Shown one piece after another: positions 29,795-41,564 of a stretch of DNA of 64,000 nt. Below the pieces are notes generated by a model. The model saw only the letters and a list, made by a program, of their open reading frames with translations, had not been told where the DNA came from and ran no database searches. Origin of the DNA: Octopus sinensis. Lineage: Eukaryota. The stretch lies in the NCBI RefSeq assembly GCF_006345805.1, contig NC_043000.1, positions 164,672,001-164,736,000 of the forward strand. The letters are read 5' to 3'. The position numbers were made by a program, and so were the translations under genes. Within the stretch, counting starts at the first letter, position 1. Each line of letters begins with the position of its first letter.

Positions 29795-30628
29795 ACTATC
29801 CCATCCTTTACACTTTGTCTTTACCACCACCTCAACTGTCACTACAACTAGGATTACTGTAATCACCATCACAGTCAACTATAACATTGTTGTTGCTTTC
29901 CCACAATCCTTTATTATACCCTCTTTCCTTCATTTTGAAATTTCTACCCACCCATCTTCTATCACCTGCCTACAAATTGTTCCACCAATTGCAAGTGAGA
30001 CTGAAAAAGAACTTGCCAAACCCAATTTTGATTAGTCCATTCCTTTTCTCTTCTCCTCTCTCTGGAATGGTTTATTCAAAATTTATGAAGCATATTGTGT
30101 CCCTTGTTCAGCTTCAAGTGAGCTCAAGAGCTCTGGACAATTTGGGTGAATGTGTATAAGTAAAATGGGTGACTTGCGGGGTACATTGATGGACAGTCTA
30201 TCTAAAGCTTACCTGACTTTGGCTATTTTGGAGGAATGTATGTGTGTGCATCTGTGATTGATCAAGTTCATTGTTAGGACAATATTATTGCAATCCTGCT
30301 CATGTTGCACTCTTTACTTCATTTAAGAATTGCCTGAGGTAAACTGGTTTCCTACTCAGCAGAGTTTGTCTCCTACTGGTTTTTAACCCTGCTAACTTCC
30401 AAAAGTGAAGTGAAAGTGTGTTACAAGTTCGTATGGATTGTGAAAATATTAATTTAGTTGTGACGATGGCCTATATTTTTATGTTCTCATGTTAAATCTG
30501 ACAGAGTTCATCTTTGTCATTCATCCTTTCTGGGTTGATAAAATGTAGTACTGATCAAGTGCTGGGGTCAATATAACTGGCTATACCCATTTGCTGTATT
30601 TGAGTCTTTATACCTATGTTAGAATCTG

Positions 30629-30784
30629 GGGCAGTGAGCTGGCAGACTCGTTAGCACGCTGGACAAAATGCATTTCTTCCAGCTTTATGTTCTGAGTTCA
30701 AACTCTGCCAGGTTTAGCTTTTGTCTTTCATCCTTTCAGGGCCGATAAAATAAGTACCAATTGAGCCCTGGGCTTGATGTAATC
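30629..30784 (+). mobile_element. tRNA-derived SINE, family A, 3'-truncated
   Basis: gcagtgagctggcagactcgttagc...gccgataaaataagtacc. Confidence 0.78.
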
Positions 30785-32105
30785 GCAGGTGGATGATAGA
30801 GTAGCATTCACTCCATGCACACACACACACAGCAACACACCCTCATGTCAAACAGATTAAAAATAATATAGATTCAATAAGGTTAATAAATTAGCTCCAT
30901 AGATTAGTATTAATGTATTTGAGTAAGTTACTTGTGTTAGATTACACATTATATACTGCGTTTGTGTCTGAATGTGGGAGTAGAGGTAGAGGTGTTGGGT
31001 GTGTTTCAGTATACTGGTCTTGGGTGCCTTTGGTGGAGCAGAGAAGTCAAATGTGTTGTGGTGATGGTGGTCAACAGTTAAAGAGAGAGGAGGGAAGCTT
31101 CATGCAGTGATGGTGATGTTAATCAATGGTGGTACTGGTGGTAATGAAATGTACAAGATGGAAGAGAGGGAGGGGGGGACATAGTCAGGATATATTTCTC
31201 TGGTAGTGGTGGGTTTGTTTTTTCCAGTATATTACTGGTATGTATTTTATCTGAGACATGGAGGAATGGAGTCACAGCATAGTAAACCATGCCATCCTAA
31301 TCGCATCCCAACCAACTGGATTTGGAACTCTGAGAAAAGAACATGGAGGGTGGATGTTTGTGAAAGTGCGCTCGCTCGTTTGCTGGTTGCTTACCACCTG
31401 TGTCGACACTCTTGCCTTCAACCACAACACCAGCTTTCTTATTCTCTCTTTAAGAAATTCTCTTTGATACCTCCCCCCCCACACACACCATGCACACATA
31501 CATACTTACTTACATGTGCACATATGTATATACGTGTGTTATATATATATATATAATATATATATATATATAATATATATATATATATTTTTATACACAC
31601 ACACATACTGTAATGGGAGCTAACCTTACTAAAGGCTTGGCTTTGATTATACAATTTCAAACCTCCTGTGTGTTCCCTTGGGCAAGGCACATAACTTTGT
31701 TTTCTTGGGTGTGCTGTGATTGACAAACAGCAGATCCCATTCAGACTCCAAGGTTGAATGCTCAGCAGCAGCAGCAGGAGCCGAGTATCTCACTGTAAAA
31801 AGATTAAAAAAAAACAAAAAAAGACAATAAGCTGTAACAAAATTTGAAGGAAGAAGAATTAAATTAATAAAGATAACTCAGCCATTCTAACATGGAAAAA
31901 AAATATAAATGTAAAAAGCAGAAAATGAACCGCTAATAATATTACATGTATATATATAACATATATGTAATAAATATTCCTTCAAAACCAAAAAAGGAAA
32001 GAACAAAAATGTTGCAATGTAAAGAGAAGACAATGTAAATAAGAGTTCTTTTAATTGGAATTAAATTGTAAATTGTAAAATGTATTTTTTTTTATATATT
32101 TTAAA

Positions 32106-32144
<39 letters not shown>

Positions 32145-33254
32145 TTTTCTTTTTCCTTCTTTTCTCCTCCTATCTTGGAATCTCTTTCAGTTACAAAGAA
32201 AAGATAAATGTTTTAATTAAAACACTTAAATTTTTTTTTCAAATTTCTTCTGTGTATGTAGGTATGTGTTTGCCTTAAATGTGCGTTGTTAAATCACAGG
32301 CCAAGCCTGGTTGAGTAGACATAGGATCAGAAATGTTCTATTTGTGGGAGATTGAACTGTATTTTTTTTTTATATAGGGCGAACAGCCATGTAGAGGCTT
32401 ATATGAACATGCAATATGTTTTTCTATATAGATGCTAAATCTGGTAACATCATATATATTTTACACAAATGACAATGTTGATGGTACATTTTGTAAAATA
32501 GTAAAAAAAAAAATCCTGCAAAAAACAGAAAAATAATAACAAAGCAATCCCCCACCCAAAGAAAATTAAAAAATAATTATGATTATCATTTTTACACCAT
32601 TTTGTCCATAATGGGCTCATGTATTTGACAGAATTTCGACAAAATAGTTAAGATATTTCTATTAAATATTGATGAAAACATTGATGTTATAAATATATAA
32701 TAATAATAGTAGGATGTGTGGTAGCAAAAATGAAACAATATCACATGTTGCAAGTGAGTGTAGCAAACTAGCCCAAAAGGAGGCATGACTACCTGTCTGA
32801 TAAGAGTACACAAGGCACATGCATCACAACCACATCTGTGTGACATGGTGATCCCTTCAAGATAAACAGTGCCTGACCTTGCAGGTTACAATTTTCTTCA
32901 GGTTGAGTAGCCCATCCCATTCAAAAGGTCCCTGAATAAGGGTTGTTTTAAGGATGATGAACAAAACACCCATGTTTCCAGAGGTGAATTATTTAAACTT
33001 CAAAGAATTCCTCTCAATACATGACTACGATGCTCCCTCGCTACTTCTGCTCATGATCACAGCACATATCGTCAGCCACTAAGGGACATTTTCAACTAGT
33101 TAAGGTCAAACAACAGACAAGCAGATCTGTGGTATTGAGCAGAATATTTGCTCTCGTCCATCTTTTATACCTAGACAAAACAATGTACATCATAACACTT
33201 CCAATCAGTTAAGATTAGAAGCCATGAGAGCCACTGCTTAGTACTGCATCAGGG

Positions 33255-33935
33255 CATATAGGGTGTGTGACAGTGAAAACGAAACATCACATGGTGTGAA
33301 TGAAAGTAGCAAAATGGCCCAAAGGAGGCATGATAACATAGTTAAATTTGTTCACTGGAGATTGTGTGAGAAGTACCGTCCTGGAAGAACATGGAAATGC
33401 TACAAACATAAACCAGAAGGCGTCACTGAGAATCATGAGTATAAGATCTTGTGGGACTTTACAATCCAATGTGACTCTCTAATTGATGCCAGAAGACTAG
33501 GCATTGTTGTAGTGGATAGAAGGAAGCTAAGATCATAGATATTGCCATACCTGGGAATACATGTGTATGTAACAAAGAGCTGTTGAAGGTGGAAAAATAT
33601 ACTAAATGACAAAATGGCTAGAATGTTGGCAATGAAGAGAGTAGCTGCCATCCCCATAGCTGTAGGAGCACTGGGAGTAATAACAACCAAGTTTGAGGAA
33701 TATGTTAGACATACTGGAATTGACATGATGGTAGAGCATGCTCCAAAAATGCTCTATTGGTACTTGAGTGTTAAGTATCTTCCATGGTGCTTAACATCTA
33801 GGTACCAAATCTTAATTTGTAGAAGGAGGCCATGTGAGACCTTTGACAATAGGTTGCTGTCCACTTTCACAGAATTAATTGGAGCAAGTAAGATCAAGAG
33901 CTCTGAGAAATAAAATATAATAATAATAATAATAA
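33255..33935 (+). mobile_element. 3' fragment of an R4/Dong-like non-LTR retrotransposon (restriction-like endonuclease domain) ending in (TAA)n
   Basis: RRHDNIVKFVHWRLCEKY...KILWDFTIQCD..IDARR.GIVVVD..DIAIPG..KE..KVEKY..IPIAVGALG, then taataataataa at about 33917-33934. A second, more decayed piece lies at about 34040-34250. Confidence 0.75.
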
Positions 33936-34993
33936 ATGGGGTTTTATGGGATTTTTACATAGAGACAGATATGATTATGGAGAAACACACACACACAAAA
34001 AGCAAAAGAAATGTGTAAAGTCGATGAATTTGCAATGCTATGTGATACTAGAATGGATGCCAAAGAAATTAAGAAATAAAATATAAATACCTGAGAGATG
34101 AAGAGATTGTGTATGATTAAGATGACAATTGTTCTTGTGGTAACTGGTGCTCTTGAGAGGCTGAAGGATTCTGAAACTGGGACAGAAAAGTGGCATCCTG
34201 TATTCTACAAGAATCTTGGAGACTTTTGAGATTTGAAGAGAACTGTTTTCACAATACTGCAAAACAACATCCCTGCTAACTAATATAATGTAATAGCTTT
34301 ACAGTAATAATAATGGTTGCTGCCGTAGATGTGTGGTTAAGAAGCTTGCTTACCAACTACATGGTTTGGGTTGTCTCACTGCATGGCACCTTGGGCAAGT
34401 GTCTTCTACTATAGCTTCCAGCTGACCAAAGCCCTGTGAGTGGATTTGGTAGACAGAAACTGAATGAAACCTGTGGTATTTATGTGTGTGTGTAATTGTG
34501 TCTCCTTGTCTTAACATAGCATGATTATTGTAAATAAATGTCATTCATTTCCAATATTCTGCGTAAACAAGTTTGACCATGGGTAAGTATTACCTTGGTT
34601 GGAAACAGGTGAAGGTTGGTGACAGGAAGAGCATCCAGCCATTAAAAGAAAATCTGCCTCAAATTTTATAAACTTGGATAGTGCTGGATATATTAAACAA
34701 TGCAATGTAGTCTTTGATATAAGATTAAATGAGATGGTCATGGCTGGAATATGTCCCCCCCCCCATCAGAATTTACTTGGGATTAAATAACAACTATGAC
34801 ATCATGAACAATAATAATGAAACTAAGTACTAAAAGTACTAAATTAAAAGAATCTAAGTATAGAATTACTGATAAATAACTGGAATTGGATCACTGTTAA
34901 TAATTATAGAATTCCTTAAATAAACTATGTAAACAGCTGTAGCAGCTGGTGTGTACCTTTGTTCGGAAGTTGGTAACAACAATATCGCATTAA

Positions 34994-35186
34994 CCCTTTA
35001 GCATTTAGACCAAGCATAACTGGTTTCAATATTCTTCCTATTTTATGTTCAAACTGTCAAAATCTGGCTCTTTATGTCAATCACCTCATCAAAATTCTTA
35101 AAGTTACATGATAATGCATAATTAATTATAAAATAATATGAATCAATAAGTATTAGATTTGACAGTATCACCTGAATGCTGAAAGG
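34994..35186. mobile_element. piggyBac-type MITE with TTAA target duplication
   Basis: TTAA|CCCTTTAGCATT...AATGCTGAAAGG|TTAA. A related internal sequence with an AGGGG|TTAA end lies at about 9860-10059. Confidence 0.65.
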
Positions 35187-35247
35187 TTAATGGCAGTCCC
35201 CTTTCAATAATGTAACTGTGGAATGTTATCACTGTACTTACCTATTT

Positions 35248-35466
35248 CTTTACTACCCACGAGGAGCTAAACACAGAGAGGACAGACAAACAGATTAAGT
35301 CGATTATATTGACCCCAGTGCGTAACTGGTACTTATTTAATCAATCTCGAAAGGATGAAAGGCAAAGTCGAGCTGGGCGAAATTTGAACTCGGAACATAG
35401 CGGCAGACGAAATACCGCTAAGCATTTCGCCCAGCGTGCTAACGTTTCTGCCAGCTTCCCGCCTTA
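35248..35466 (-). mobile_element. tRNA-derived SINE, family A variant, near full length
   Basis: Reverse complement has the aaggcgggaagctggcagaaacgttagcacg head and the family A core. The 59750-59897 copy (-) shares the same tail. Confidence 0.82.
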
Positions 35467-36347
35467 TCACTGTACTTACCAACACCACCTGTAAGGTGGA
35501 TAAACTGAAATTTGTTGATTATATTAAACGTAGATGACTATGTTAATGTAATAACATTTTAAATAACAGGAAAATATTTTCTTTTATCAAACTCTAGCTC
35601 AATGACTGTGTCTAAGAAAGACAAATATGCAAACTATTCAACAACAGTTTTTCTCTACTGTCTTATGTGTGCATATATGCATCTAACAGTCAATTAGGGA
35701 GCTGTCTACATTGTAGATAGACTTCAATATAGCAGCCACATATCCCTGATGTCTTGCAAATGTTTTCCCTCAAACCACACAACTGCTGTATTACCCAACC
35801 AAGGTACCCTAAAATTCTTGGGTTCTATACGAAACAATGAATAGGTTCAATATATGCAAATGTATTTTTGAGTAACATTTTCTTTAATTCTTACCATCAT
35901 GATCATCATCAATCATCAGTGGTGATGATGATTGCTTTTTCATGCATGGATTAGATGAAACTATGTTGAGGTGGAGTTTTTTGCTATTAGATACCAAGTA
36001 ACATAATAATCCCTCTGTTTCTTGAACAAGAATACAAACATTGTTACATGGAAGACTAGAAACAAACATTACATGAACATTGAGGCTTTTTGTTTATAGC
36101 CATGAGGACACAGGGAAATACAAACTCTGTCACATCTACATAAATATGTACATTTATATATGGCTGGCTTCTTCAGTTTCTGCCTACCAAATTCACTTAT
36201 AAGGTATTGGCCAACACATAGTTATAGTCGAAGAAACCAGCTGATGGTATCTACTCAATGGGACTGAGCCCCTAACCACATGAACTTCTTAACCATATAG
36301 CCATAGTGTACCTGCTACATTTATACTTTTATCGTATAGACACAGCA

Positions 36348-36565
36348 AAGTGGTGAGCTGGCAGAATCCTTAGCATGCCAGACAAAATGCTTAGCAGCAT
36401 TTCATCCATTTTTATGTCCTAAGTTCAAATTCTGTTGAGGTTGACTTTACCGTTCATGCTTTCGGGGTTGATAAAATAAATACCAGTGGACTGCTGAGGT
36501 CAATGTAATCGACTAACCGCCTCCCCCAATATTTCAAGCCTTGTACCTATAGTAGAAAGGATTAT
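36348..36565 (+). mobile_element. tRNA-derived SINE, family A
   Basis: Collinear with 8499-8712. Confidence 0.82.
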
Positions 36566-36755
36566 ATACATACTGCATATTCCCTAATGTAGGGAAATCC
36601 TAGCATTTCCATGTTACTAAAGAAACCCTGCAGCAAAAGTGACTTCACAGGGAGTTTGGTCTAAGCAAGTTCTTGCCTAAGGCTAAAGGATTAATAGTAA
36701 AATGACATGCTGGAAACAGTTGCCAAATCACACCCTGCTGCCTTCTGTATTTATG

Positions 36756-39700
36756 TATGTGGGGGTACCCAAAACAAACTGAAATTTTTACAATATTATT
36801 TCATAATCAAGTCCTACCTCTGGTCGCATGCTGTAGTGCTGACAGGGAAGGTGAATTGAGGGCGAATCGAAGTAAAGTAGATACCCCCGTCAACGATGCT
36901 ATCTCTGATACCCCTTATTCTGCTTGTTCCCCAACTCCCGCCCCTCAAACTTCACAGCTCAGCATCGTCTATACCAACTCATGCTCCTTATTTCCAAAGT
37001 TCAGCAAACTATTTACACTGGCCATACGTGACTCCCCTCATGTGATAGCTATCACCGAAACTTGGCTGATTCAAGCAGTAAAGGACTCGGAAATCCACCT
37101 ACAGGGCTACGCCCTCTTCAGATGTGACAGAGAAAAAAGGCGAGGTGGAGGTGTTGCTGTGTATGTTAAATCTGATCTCAAACCGTCCAGCGGTATTCTA
37201 CCCACTAATGCTCAACCTACAACAAAATTCGATGCTGTCTATTGCAAGCTGAGCCTATTCGGGTTTTGCCTGCCCGTGTTGGCTGTCTACAGGCCGACCC
37301 CCAGACGATGCTCATTTACTCGAAGCGATAAGATTCATTTCAGCCTCACATGACTGTTTGATACTAGGAGACTTCAACACTCCCACGATCGATTGGCCCG
37401 CATCAATCTGTACATCATCTTCCCGGTTTGGCCAGGCCCTTCTTGACATGGCTGAAGATTGTTTTCTATCGCAACATGTTGAATATCCGACAAGGCATCG
37501 GTCTGGGCAGCAGCCATCTATGCTGGATCTGGTATATTCTCCCGCTATCCAAGATCAGTGTCAGACGTATCTGTGTGCGCCCCTCTTGCCAAGAGTGATC
37601 ATGCGGTCCTGAAGTTCGTCATGCACACAACTTTTTCTACGCCCACGACTACTTCGCTGCCACGTAGAGTCTTCTCTGCAATTAATCTTGAAATTCTAAC
37701 TGAGGCTTCCGCGCTTCTGGACTGGCGATCCCGGATGACGATGTCCTCAGTTGAGTTGACGAACTATGGTCATCCCTCAAAGCATATGTAACTGACCAGG
37801 CAGTTCCCATTGGGCTTCCCAAGAAGAAGAAACACAAGTCCTGGGTGACGAAGAAGGTTAAACGAGAACTTCAACTCAGAGATATTGCTTGGGCTGAATG
37901 CAAAAATCTGGATTTGACTGCAGCTTTTGAGGTGTACAAAACTCAACAAGACCGAGCCATGAAAATTGAAAAGGAAGAATGCTTTAGTTATGAATACAGA
38001 ATCGCGGCAAATGCCAGTAGCAATCCAAAAACCTTCTTTGCCCATGTCCAATGGAATTCCCACTTGAACAACCAAATTGCAACGTTGGTAGACTCAACAA
38101 GCGTATCGATTGAGGACCCTTATCATCAGAGTCAATTATTTGCCAAGGCTTTTTCAACTATTTTCAAACAAGATGATGGTCGTGAACCCCCTCCATTTGA
38201 TAGATCGGTACCTCCAATGCTTCGATTGGATGAAGTCAAACGTGTTATTCAAGGCCTCGATGTCAACAAGGGTCATGGCCCTGACGGCATACACCCACGG
38301 GTTATCAAAGCGTTGGCTCCGGTCATCTGCGAGCCCTTAACACGTCTATTCAATATGTCATTGGCGATGGGTGTTATACATGCGGACTGGAGAACAGCGA
38401 TAATCTGCCCAATTTTCAGAAAGGGAGCCGCGAAGACCCGCTTAACTACCGAGCGGTTTCCCTTACATCAATAATCAGCAAGATGTTCGAAACCATCCTT
38501 AAGAAAAGTATGATGCTCCACCTCCAAAACACAGCCTCTATCTCTGATTCCCAACACGGCTTCATGCCGAAGAGATCATGCTTGACCAACTTACTGGTAA
38601 TGGAAGAATTGGTGACGCGCATCCTCGATGATAGTGATGCTGTTGACATCGTTTTATTGGACTTTGCCAAAGCTTTTGACTCAGTAAACCACCGCCTATT
38701 ACTTGTCAAGCTTCAAGCATATAGTTTCCATCCGGATATTGTATGATGGGTTGGTGCCTTCCTCTCAGATCGCTCCTTCCAAGTCCAAGTTAATGGTTCG
38801 CGGTCCGACGTCTCCAGTGCGAGCAGTGGCGTGCCTCAAGGTTCAGTGCTTGGGCCCTTATTGTTCTTAGTCTTCATAAATGACTTGCGTGACGACCTCA
38901 TGCAACACACCCTTCTATTTGCCGACAATGTCAAACTGGTCGCTCCGGTGATATAGAGGATCTTCGTCGATGCCTCCACCAAATTTGGAGGTGGTCTAAT
39001 GAATGGGACCTGTGTCTGAACGTGTCAAAGTGCTGTCATCTGCCTGTTGGCTCTCCTCCTGCAACTCAACTTGATTTCGAGCCGGGTCGTCTGCTGCTGG
39101 AGAGGACCGATCAGGTAAAGGACCTAGGTATCTTGGTGGATTCCTCCTTTTCGCCTTCGGCCCAGTGCGTCCATGCTGCCAACAAAGCACGCGGAATTCT
39201 GTTCTTGATTCGACGGTCATTCGGAATGCTCACAGCAGCCATATTCCTACCACTCTATGTCACGCTGGTGAGACCCATATTGGAGTACAGGATTCAAGCC
39301 TCTTCTCCTTATCTCCTCAAAGACATACAGCATCTCAAAAGAGTCCAGAAGCTGGCTACCCGCATGGTTCATGGTCTCAAAAATTTGTCTTATGAAGAAA
39401 GGCTGAGGACGCTCGACCTTTATTCTCTAGAAAAACGCCGCCACTGTGGTGATCTCATTCTCACTCACAACATCATAAGCGGAAAGTGTAACCTCTCGAA
39501 AGAGCTGTTCTTCACTCCTGCTCCAGAGCGTCGGCTGCGGGGTCATTCCGAAAAGCTCTACCTGTGACGATTTCATCTCAATCAAAGGAGAGGAGCTTTC
39601 TCCGTCCGGGTTGCGGATCCGTGGAACAAGCTGCCAGACGAGATGGTGAAGATGCCGACGACCGCTTTGTTCAAAGTCTCTCTTGACCTCAAGTGGCCTG

Positions 39701-40679
39701 AACTCTTTACATGAACACCACCCTGTACATAACTCCATGTCCCCCTACATGGCCTTGCTATTTGCTTTTGAGCCAAACTAACTAACTAACTAACATTCAC
39801 TTAGTTTTACATGTTTACACTTTTACCGCCTTCAAAGTATTCTCCAGTTGAAGCCATGCATTGGTCCAGACACGGCCTCCACTGTTCAAAGCAGTGCTGT
39901 AACTCTTGCAAAGTGATGCCTTTTTTACGCTTTTCTTCACCACTTTCACATTTGCAAAATATTTTCCTTTAAGGACTTTTTACCTTTGGGGGAACAAAAA
40001 ACAAGTTGCAAGGTGCAAGATCGAGTGAATTGGGAGGGTGCATAGTGGGGTCATGCCATTTTGGGTCAAAATCTGTTTCAGACTCAAAGCAGTGTGTGCA
40101 GGTGCATTGTTGTAATGAAGCCACCACTCTCCCCTTTGCCACAGGTCATGGAGTTTTTGTCTCACTGCATCTTTCAAACACTTCAGAACTGCCAAGTAAA
40201 ATATCTGGTTAACAGTTTCACCAAGTTCTGTTTGAGCATTTCCCTTTGCAATTCCCTTTGCATGAAACAAACCAGCATTGTCTTGACATTGGACTTCACT
40301 TGACCTGCTTTTTTGGGGTGGGGCAAGATTAAATGCTTCCATTGATTTGACTATTGCTTTGTTTCCAAGATATAGCCATAGCTCCAGCTTTTGTCACCAG
40401 TGATGGCCTTTGAAAAGAGGTTCAGATCAACTTCCAACTGTTCTTTCAGTTCACGACATGCAACCTCCATGAGCAAGCAAGGCACAAATCTTGCTGCAAT
40501 TCTTTTCATTTGCAATTCCTCACTAAACATTTGTTGGCAGGAGCGCCAGGGCCCACCTGTTCATCAATTGTTCTGATGCCTGAGGGTCGCATCAAGTGGC
40601 TTCTACTGGCAGACGCCTGAACTACAATGGGTTTGTCCCACAGAGAATATTTCTGGTTACTTTTTGGTACCCCCTTGTA
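36756..40679 (-). mobile_element. Mariner-like element (TIRs at 36756-36785 and 40650-40679) interrupted by a CR1 LINE; transposase relic at 39800-40460
   Basis: TA-TGTGGGGGTACCCAAAACAAAC versus reverse complement TA-CAAGGGGGTACCAAAAAGTAAC. The minus strand has LHYNNAPAH, a PPYSPDLAPCDFFLFP-like motif and CFEQW..CLDQCMASTGEYFEG. Confidence 0.78.
36805..39794 (+). mobile_element. CR1-clade LINE, 5'-truncated just before the ORF2 endonuclease, with (AACT)n tail; ORF2 broken by several frameshifts and stops
   Basis: APE motifs YTNSCSL, ITETWL, RRGGGVAVYVK, LGDFNTP and AKSDH. RT motifs QHGFMPKRSCLTNLL, LDFAKAFDSV, GVPQGSVLGPLLF and LFADNVK. CR1-type C-terminus RLRGHSEKL...FSVRVADPWNKLP. Tail aactaactaactaactaac at 39776-39794. 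The 5' boundary is approximate. Confidence 0.9.
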
Positions 40680-41564
40680 TATAAGAACTAGTAATAGAGC
40701 CTCTACACGATATCTCAACTTGATAGGCATAGCAGCCAAATCCCTTTCACATCACACCCTTATGGCTATATGTACAAGATAAACTAACACAACATTATGG
40801 CTATGCCTGATAGAAATAGTAAACAATTCTTACTCAAATCACATCCCTTCTGTCTCAGCCACCCCCACTCTCTTAAATACACTCCCACTCAGTTGAGTGG
40901 ACTTTCTTCTTTCCTTTCTTTCCTTTCTCTTGCAAATTATTTGGTGATCTCTCTTATGCTGGTGTCATGAAAAAAAGGACTTAATACACACTGTAGAATG
41001 GTTGGTTTTAGGAAGGGTATCCAGCTGTAGAAGACAAGCCAAAGCTGACATTGGAGCCTGATACAACTCTGAGACTAGTCATCTTATCAAACTGTCCTAC
41101 ATGTGCCAGCATGAAAAACTTACATTAACCAAAGATACACACACACACACACCTTCATCATCACTTTTCCATGCTTACATAGATTGAACAGAAGTTTGTT
41201 GAAGTAAATTTTCTATGTTTCCAAGCAAAGAAATATTTCCTCATAACCATGGAAGATTGGAATTGAAGGACACCACTTGCATGACAGTGACACTCATTTA
41301 CAACTATCATGCAATGTCAAAGCAGTAACACACACATGAAAAGCACTCATACCAGTGTTACATAAAAGCACCCAGTACACTTTATAAAGTGGTTGGTGTT
41401 ATGAAAGGAATCCAGCTCTAGAAACCATGCTAAAATAGACAAGGATCCTAGGCAGCTCTTGGTAAAACTGTCCAACCCATGTCAGCATGGAGAACAGACA
41501 TTAAATGATGATGATGATGATGATGATTATGATGATACATACAATCTGCCAGTCTGAGAAGGAC

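Noticed and set aside
31866-31974. AATAAA hexamers as the PI4KB polyadenylation site
   Set aside because: Such hexamers are frequent in this AT-rich DNA and cannot be assigned without transcript data.
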